Of a stretch of 64,000 nucleotides of DNA, positions 58,119 to 64,000 are shown in pieces. The stretch's first letter is position 1. Every line of letters starts with the position of its first letter. The notes beneath the pieces are model-generated. The model was not told the origin of the DNA and did no database searches. It was given only the letters and a program-made list of their open reading frames with translations. Origin of the DNA: Octopus vulgaris (taxonomy: Eukaryota); contig OX597833.1 in assembly GCA_951406725.2 (NCBI GenBank), positions 36,208,001 to 36,272,000 on the forward strand. Direction: 5' to 3'. Made by a program: the position numbers and the translations under genes.

Positions 58119-58679
58119 ACTGGCTATCTACCTACCATTCTCTCTCGGTGGTGTTGCATATAATCAGCACGTTGGTTACCATTCATGTTCCCTCTACGTA
58201 TCAGCTCACTTCTTGTTTGACACTGCAGGTACGCTGCATGTTTTTGCTCAAGATTTTTACTCTTCTTGCGCATTAGTTTTGTTAAAAATTAAAACTTTTC
58301 CCATTTCTTCTCGTTCTTTTTCTCACCCCTTGCTACTATATTCTTGCTCTTTAAAGTTTTCAATTTATGAAATAAGAATAAAATTTGTAGTGCAAAAAAA
58401 AAATGCAATAAAAATTTTAAACCCATAAAAGATGACAAGAATCTGCATCTGTTGTTACCTTACTGGCTGCTCCCATATGAAAGAAAGTAAAGCGAAGATA
58501 AAAGCGTTTTCCTTCAAATACCAACGAGTTGGTTTTCTAAAAAATGGAATAATTAAAGGCCACTTGTTTTCCAAGCAAACGAAATTATAAAGGAACGTAA
58601 GAACGTAGGAAATTATGATTCACACACATAATCCCAATCTTATGGACATCGTAATTGTTCACACAATCGTTTGCGCATC

Positions 58680-60225
58680 ATGAGTGGAAAAGGTCTTGTA
58701 ACTACAGATGCTGAATATTCATCTAATTTGTCGAGGAAAATCATCACACTGGAAGCAAAATTGCAAGTGTTGAGCCGATTGCCAGCTGGCGAACGTCAGA
58801 CAAGGTAAGTCTTTCAACATGGCCACATCGTTAATAGTTACCATCTCGAAGAAGGTATATTTGGAGGAAATAAATAGAAGATATTATTGCTATATGGCTG
58901 GACAATGAAAGGCAACGCAGCATACCATTAACCCAATTTATGTCAGTGGAAAAAGTAAAAGTAAGCATCAATTGCAGGCACTTCCAAGGAGAACGAAATA
59001 ATTCAGAAACATTCTTAGCTATCAGGTTTTGATTATATAGATTCAAACGAAGGTGTAACCTACAAAGAATCTGTATCTTTGGTTTAACTTCATATTCAGA
59101 AACCTTGGCAGCTATGGAATTTCTTCAAATTCTTAAGAGTAAAAAGGATTGAGTGTGGTAACTATCGTCCACGAATTCTATTCAATGCACAAACTCTTTT
59201 TGAAAATGAATACCATCCTGCACTTACATCTCGAGAGTAAAAAATACACATCTGTGTTTGAGGCCGAAAGAAAACGCGTTTATCTTAACGTTAATGTTTC
59301 ATGAGACTTCAAGCTTATATTATTGCTCATTTATCATTCAGAATATGAAAAATATGAAAATGGCTAAAAGAAATGAATGAAGAATATGTGAAAAATATGA
59401 AAGTTGCATCTGCCTGTGATCTGGAACTCCAACGAGAAGACCTGGATGACAATAGAAATCTTCACATAGTGGTTTGTTTCACACTTTTGTCCATCAGCGA
59501 AAAGATATGAACCTAAAGCATTGCCAACGACTGATAATGTTCCATACCCACTTGTTCCCTCTAAGCTTGCGCTTGTGTGCGCGTGTACGTGTCTTATAAC
59601 TATGAAAGGGAAAAATTGTGTCCACACAAGGTTTTCAAGGCGAAATCGGATGTTTTTAATTGAAAAAATCTGACCGATATTCACTCGTATGGATGCGCAC
59701 ATACTTTGCAAAGATTTAGGGAGCCCATTGTACACCACCCTCAGAATCTCGATGTTCTTCGTATCTACATTCCCGTGGAAGTACTTCATCTGCCACCAAA
59801 CAGGACTTCTTTACCTTAACCCATATTTTAGGGGAGCTATTTCTATCTTGTTCGCACTTTCAAGCAATACTGAAGGAACAAATAGACGAGTTAAATAACT
59901 TATTAAACAACTTTATCACGAAAGTCATGGATAATATCAAAAGAGCCTATGGCGAAGTAACCAAGAACGGCATGAACTCAGTCTGCTATGAATTCTTAGA
60001 ATTTTCGGAAGAAATACTAACAGCATAATTGAGCTGAACAATGAGGTGAGAACGCAAGATGCGATGTCATTGCGAAAGACATGGAGGTGTTTATTGAGTT
60101 TCAGGGAAAGAGTTTATCCCTGAGAAAATATTGGAGTTAGTATAGCAACGCATCCAAAGTGAGCTAGAAGACTATTTTAGTGGAAGAAATGCCATAAAGA
60201 ATCTTTACAAGTGAATTCTTCACTA
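58680..60225 (+). mobile_element. Degenerate Tigger/pogo-like (CENP-B HTH + DDE) transposase relic
   Basis: RKIITLEAKLQVL, IAIWLDNERQRSIPL, RFKRR, LPVIWNSNEKTWMT..F..WF, DNVP, then an insert of about 190 bp, then HPQNL and LPPNRTSL. Confidence 0.8.
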
Positions 60226-60228
60226 ACA

Positions 60229-60395
60229 GGCGTAGGGGTGGCTGTGTGGTAAGTAGCTTGCTTACCAACCACATGGTTCCGAGTTCAGTCTCACTGCGTG
60301 GCGCCTTGGGTAAGTGTCTTCTGCTATAGCTTCGGGCCGACCAAAGCCTTGTGAGTGGATTTGGTAGAAGGAAACTGAAAGAAGCCTGACGTATA

Positions 60396-60466
<71 letters not shown>

Positions 60467-60675
60467 TTGTGTTTGTGTTTGTCCCCCTAACATCGCTTGA
60501 CAACCGATGCTGGTGTGTTTACGTTCCAGTAACTTAGCGGTTCAGCAAATGAGACCGATAGAATAAGTACTAGGCTTACAAAGAATAAGTCATGGGGACG
60601 ATTTGCTCGACTAAAGGCGGTGCTCCAGCATGGCCACAGTCACATGACTGAAACAAGTAAAAGAGTAAAAGAGTA
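60229..60675 (+). mobile_element. SINE family A, full length
   Basis: Complete head, internal (TA)n(TG)n, tail (GTAAAAGA)n. Confidence 0.93.
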
Positions 60676-61244
60676 ATAGAGTTTCTCCAAGTTTGCGGAA
60701 ATTATGAATTAGTTCAATGAGCACGATTTTAACTGGGAGCACATATCCAAGGTAAAGACAAACGTTCTGAATCCTGCTATCACGGTTTCTTTGCTGAGAC
60801 TTAAGAAAATTCAAACGACATTAGATGTATATAGTTCGAAAAGTAACTGACATGCCAGGAAGAACTAAAGCTTGGATCCTCTCCCTGGATTTAGCATATA
60901 CCATCTGTAGTAGGTTTGTGTACTCGAGATTAAATTTGATTGGTTTGATCTATTTAATAATATCTTAATAACTTACTTCTTTACTTCATCGTGACTTTCG
61001 ATCCCACACTATGCAAGGTTATCTAAAGCTATCAAGTACATGGATGGTGTGAAAGCGAATTTCTGATGTTCTTTTTTTCGTTTCATTTTGTTTTGTTTTT
61101 TTTTGTTTTGTTTTGTTTTGTTTTTTGTTTTGTTTTTTTTGTCATTTAATGGTGTTTATTAAATTTTTCCCTATTTGAAATGTTTTGAAAAATAATCTGT
61201 CATTTCTGTACCTATATTTTTGTCATTATACTGACCTTGCTTAA

Positions 61245-61466
61245 CCCTTTAGTGTTCAGATTACTCTGTTAAATGTAATACTTTTTCACTCAAATTGTTT
61301 TGAATTAATCATGCATTATCTTATAGCTTTGAGGTTTCAGTGATGTGATTGTTCATTTTCAGAATGGCATTGTAGGTTAGGTGTGAGAGGTTAGATATGG
61401 CCAGCTTGAATATAAAACATATAGAATATATTGGGCCAGATTTGGCCGGTTTAAAAAACTAAGGGG
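61245..61466. mobile_element. piggyBac-like MITE
   Basis: TTAA-CCCTTTAG...CTAAGGGG-TTAA ends (TTAA at 61241-44 and 61467-70). Confidence 0.75.
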
Positions 61467-61470
61467 TTAA

Positions 61471-61690
61471 AGGGGTGAGCTGGCAGAATCGAAAACACGC
61501 CAGTCAAAGTGCTTAGCGGCATTTCGTCCGTCTTTACGTTTTGCATTTAACTTCTACTAAGGTCGACTTTGCCTTTCATCCTTTCTGGGTCGATAAAATA
61601 AGTACCAGTTGCGTACTGGGGTTGACGTATTCGGCTCAACCGCCTACCCTCAAATTACTGACCTTGTGCCAAAATTTGAAACCATTATAA
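61471..61690 (+). mobile_element. SINE family B (alternative tail), diverged
   Basis: GAGCTGGCAGAATCG head and GCCTTTCATCCTTTCTGGGTCGATAAAATAAGTACCAG core. Confidence 0.82.
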
Positions 61691-61785
61691 TGACGTCGTT
61701 TAGCGTTGTTTCGTTTAGTGATGCATTTTTCGGAACGTGTGCAAGGTACTACTCTGTGTGTGTATTTGTGTGTGTGTGTGTGTAT

Positions 61786-61882
61786 GTTAGTCTATATGCA
61801 TAAGTGTATGTATGTGTGTTAGTCTATATTCATAAGTGTATGTATGTGTGTTAGTCTATATGCATAAGTGTGTGTATGTGTG
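61786..61882. repeat. 32-bp minisatellite, three copies
   Basis: GTTAGTCTATATGCATAAGTGTATGTATGTGT at 61786, 61818 and 61850. Confidence 0.9.
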
Positions 61883-61961
61883 TAAGTGTATATGTATGAA
61901 TGCATATATAAAAAGGGCGAGATAGGAAGATAACAGATTTACCCTGCCATATTTCGCTCTG

Positions 61962-62047
<86 letters not shown>

Positions 62048-62245
62048 CACAACTCCCACTTTCTGCACATCATACACCTTCTCTTCTATGCATCTTTCAT
62101 TCTATGACGTAATGCTAAAAACAATACCATTTAGGTATCATTTCCTCTTACAGAACCTCTTTCTCACTCCTTCCGGCTGTCTTATTGTATCTCGTTCCCT
62201 CTTTAAACGCATTTTCCTTTTTCTGACTTCTTTCTCTTCTCTCTT

Positions 62246-62308
<63 letters not shown>

Positions 62309-62416
62309 GTATATATATATGTGCGTGTGTGTGTGAGTGTGTGTACATATATATATATATGTATATCTATATGTACGTATGTATGTATATGTATACATAT
62401 ATATGTACGTACACAC

Positions 62417-62449
<33 letters not shown>

Positions 62450-62458
62450 TGTATGTAT

Positions 62459-62878
62459 ACTCTTTTTACTCTTTTACTTGTTTCAGTCATTTGACTGCGG
62501 CCATGCTGGAGCACCGCCTTTAATCGAGCAACTCGACCCCGGGACTTATTCTTTTGTAAGCCCAGTACTTATTCTATCGGTCTCTTTTGCCGAACCGCTA
62601 AGTAAAGGGGACATGAACACACCAGCATCGGTTGTCAAGCAATGCTAGGGGGACAAACACAGACACACAAACACAGACACACAAACACACACACGCATAT
62701 ATATATACATATATACGACGGGCTTCTTTCAGTTTCCGTCTACCAAATCCACTAACAAGGCTTTGGTCGGCCCGAGGCTATAGTAGAAGACACTTGCCCA
62801 AGGTGCCACGCAGTGGGACTGAACCCGGTACCATGTGGTTGGTAAACAAGCTACTTACCACACAGCCACTCCTGCGCC
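62459..62878 (-). mobile_element. SINE family A, full length, young
   Basis: Very close to the 12205-12547 and 27500-27947 copies. Confidence 0.93.
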
Positions 62879-62972
62879 TATGTATGTATGTACCTATGCA
62901 TGCATGTACGTATGTATGTATCGAAAACAAAGATATCTTTTTCCACACGAGTTGTAGAAATATAGAAGAAAG

Positions 62973-63176
62973 AAGTTGAAAATGCACTGGGATTAGTTTT
63001 AATTTTTTTTTAATTTTTTAATTTTTTAAAGAGTTAACCAGTTTCACAGACTTCTTAGATTTTCAAAAGTTAAGATAGAAAGACGTGGACCTATGCTAAA
63101 ACTGTTGCGAAATGAATTAAGTCTTTAAAGATTTTAAAATGAAAAATTTAAAGGAATCCCAGAGCATTTTCAACTT
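62973..63176. repeat. Diverged fold-back inverted repeat
   Basis: AAGTTGAAAATGCACTGGGATT (62973-94) and AATCCCAGAGCATTTTCAACTT (63155-76), with weaker inner pairing; minus-strand CTAAGAAGTCTGTGAAACTGGTT resembles a decayed hammerhead core. Confidence 0.7.
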
Positions 63177-63187
63177 ATATGTATATA

Positions 63188-63260
<73 letters not shown>

Positions 63261-63395
63261 GGAGTAAGTGGAGCATAGGTACACACGAAAACGAAAGTGT
63301 TACTGAAACGGTCACAGATATGTGACGAATGATTTCCGGTCTATGGACATGAGTTAAAATAAGAACAGTAATAAATGAGTGAAGAACAAATATAT

Positions 63396-63474
<79 letters not shown>

Positions 63475-63499
63475 AAGAGGGAGAGCAATAACAAAATGG

Positions 63500-63748
63500 A
63501 GTGTATGTGTGTGTGTGAGTGTTTGTGTGTGTGTGTGTGTGTATGTTTGTATCTTTGTATTTGTCCCCCCCCCCCATCGCTTGACAACCCATGCTGGTGT
63601 GTTTAGGTCCCCGTAACTTAGTGGTTCGGCAAAGAGACTAAAGGGATGAGTACTAGGCTTACAAAGAATAAGTTCCGGGGTCGATTTGTTCAACTAAAGG
63701 CCGTGCTCCAGCATGGCTGCAATCAAATGACTGAAACAAGTAAAAGAC
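63500..63748 (+). mobile_element. SINE family A 3' half
   Basis: CGCTTGACAACC..GTGCTCCAGCATGGCTGCAATCAAATGACTGAAACAAGTAAAAGA. Confidence 0.88.
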
Positions 63749-63801
63749 TATATATACATACATATATAGAAACATATATACATAAGATTATATATACACA
63801 C

Positions 63802-63832
<31 letters not shown>

Positions 63833-63837
63833 ACGGG

Positions 63838-63874
<37 letters not shown>

Positions 63875-63877
<3 letters not shown>

Positions 63878-64000
63878 ACGGGAAGGTTTACGAAAATAAA
63901 CAAAAAACGAAGGCAGGTGGAGTACAAACAAACAATTGTATTAGTATGGCGCTCAGGAATATAAATAAAAAAGTCTTTTACGTTTCGAGCCTACGCTCTT
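63875..64000 (-). mobile_element. Penelope-like terminus with partial hammerhead motif, cut by the window edge
   Basis: Minus strand AAGAGC-GTAG-GCTC GAAAC GTA: perfect 4-bp stem II, GAAAC, palindromic ACGT; the CUGANGA core would lie outside the window. Confidence 0.45.

Overview
AT-rich, microsatellite-saturated animal genomic DNA, intergenic or intronic. The repeat families look cephalopod/Octopus-like; this is inferred from recalled SINE sequences, not from a search. No intact protein-coding gene is present, and nearly all ORFs in the track are translations of (TA)n, (CA)n, (CATA)n, (GA)n or trinucleotide repeats. The real content is decayed mobile DNA. Non-LTR retrotransposon relics belong to the RTE, R4/Dong, Hero-like, Tx1/L1-like and CR1/L2 groups. 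DNA transposon relics include maT/DD37D, mariner and Tigger/pogo, plus mariner, hAT and piggyBac MITEs and a Helentron/HINE-like element. At least four tRNA-headed SINE families and one old headless SINE-like family are also present. The most interesting signal is a set of short non-coding modules, mostly embedded in or next to microsatellites. They carry type I hammerhead-ribozyme cores (CUGANGA...GAAAC...GUH, often with a palindromic stem III) and frequently form fold-back inverted repeats, as expected for Penelope-like element termini or retrozyme-like derivatives. Other signals are a SINE and a LINE sharing a 3' end, LINEs bracketed by specific microsatellites, and one weak candidate start-codon exon (minus strand, about 46.6 kb). 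All assignments were made by eye and coordinates are approximate.
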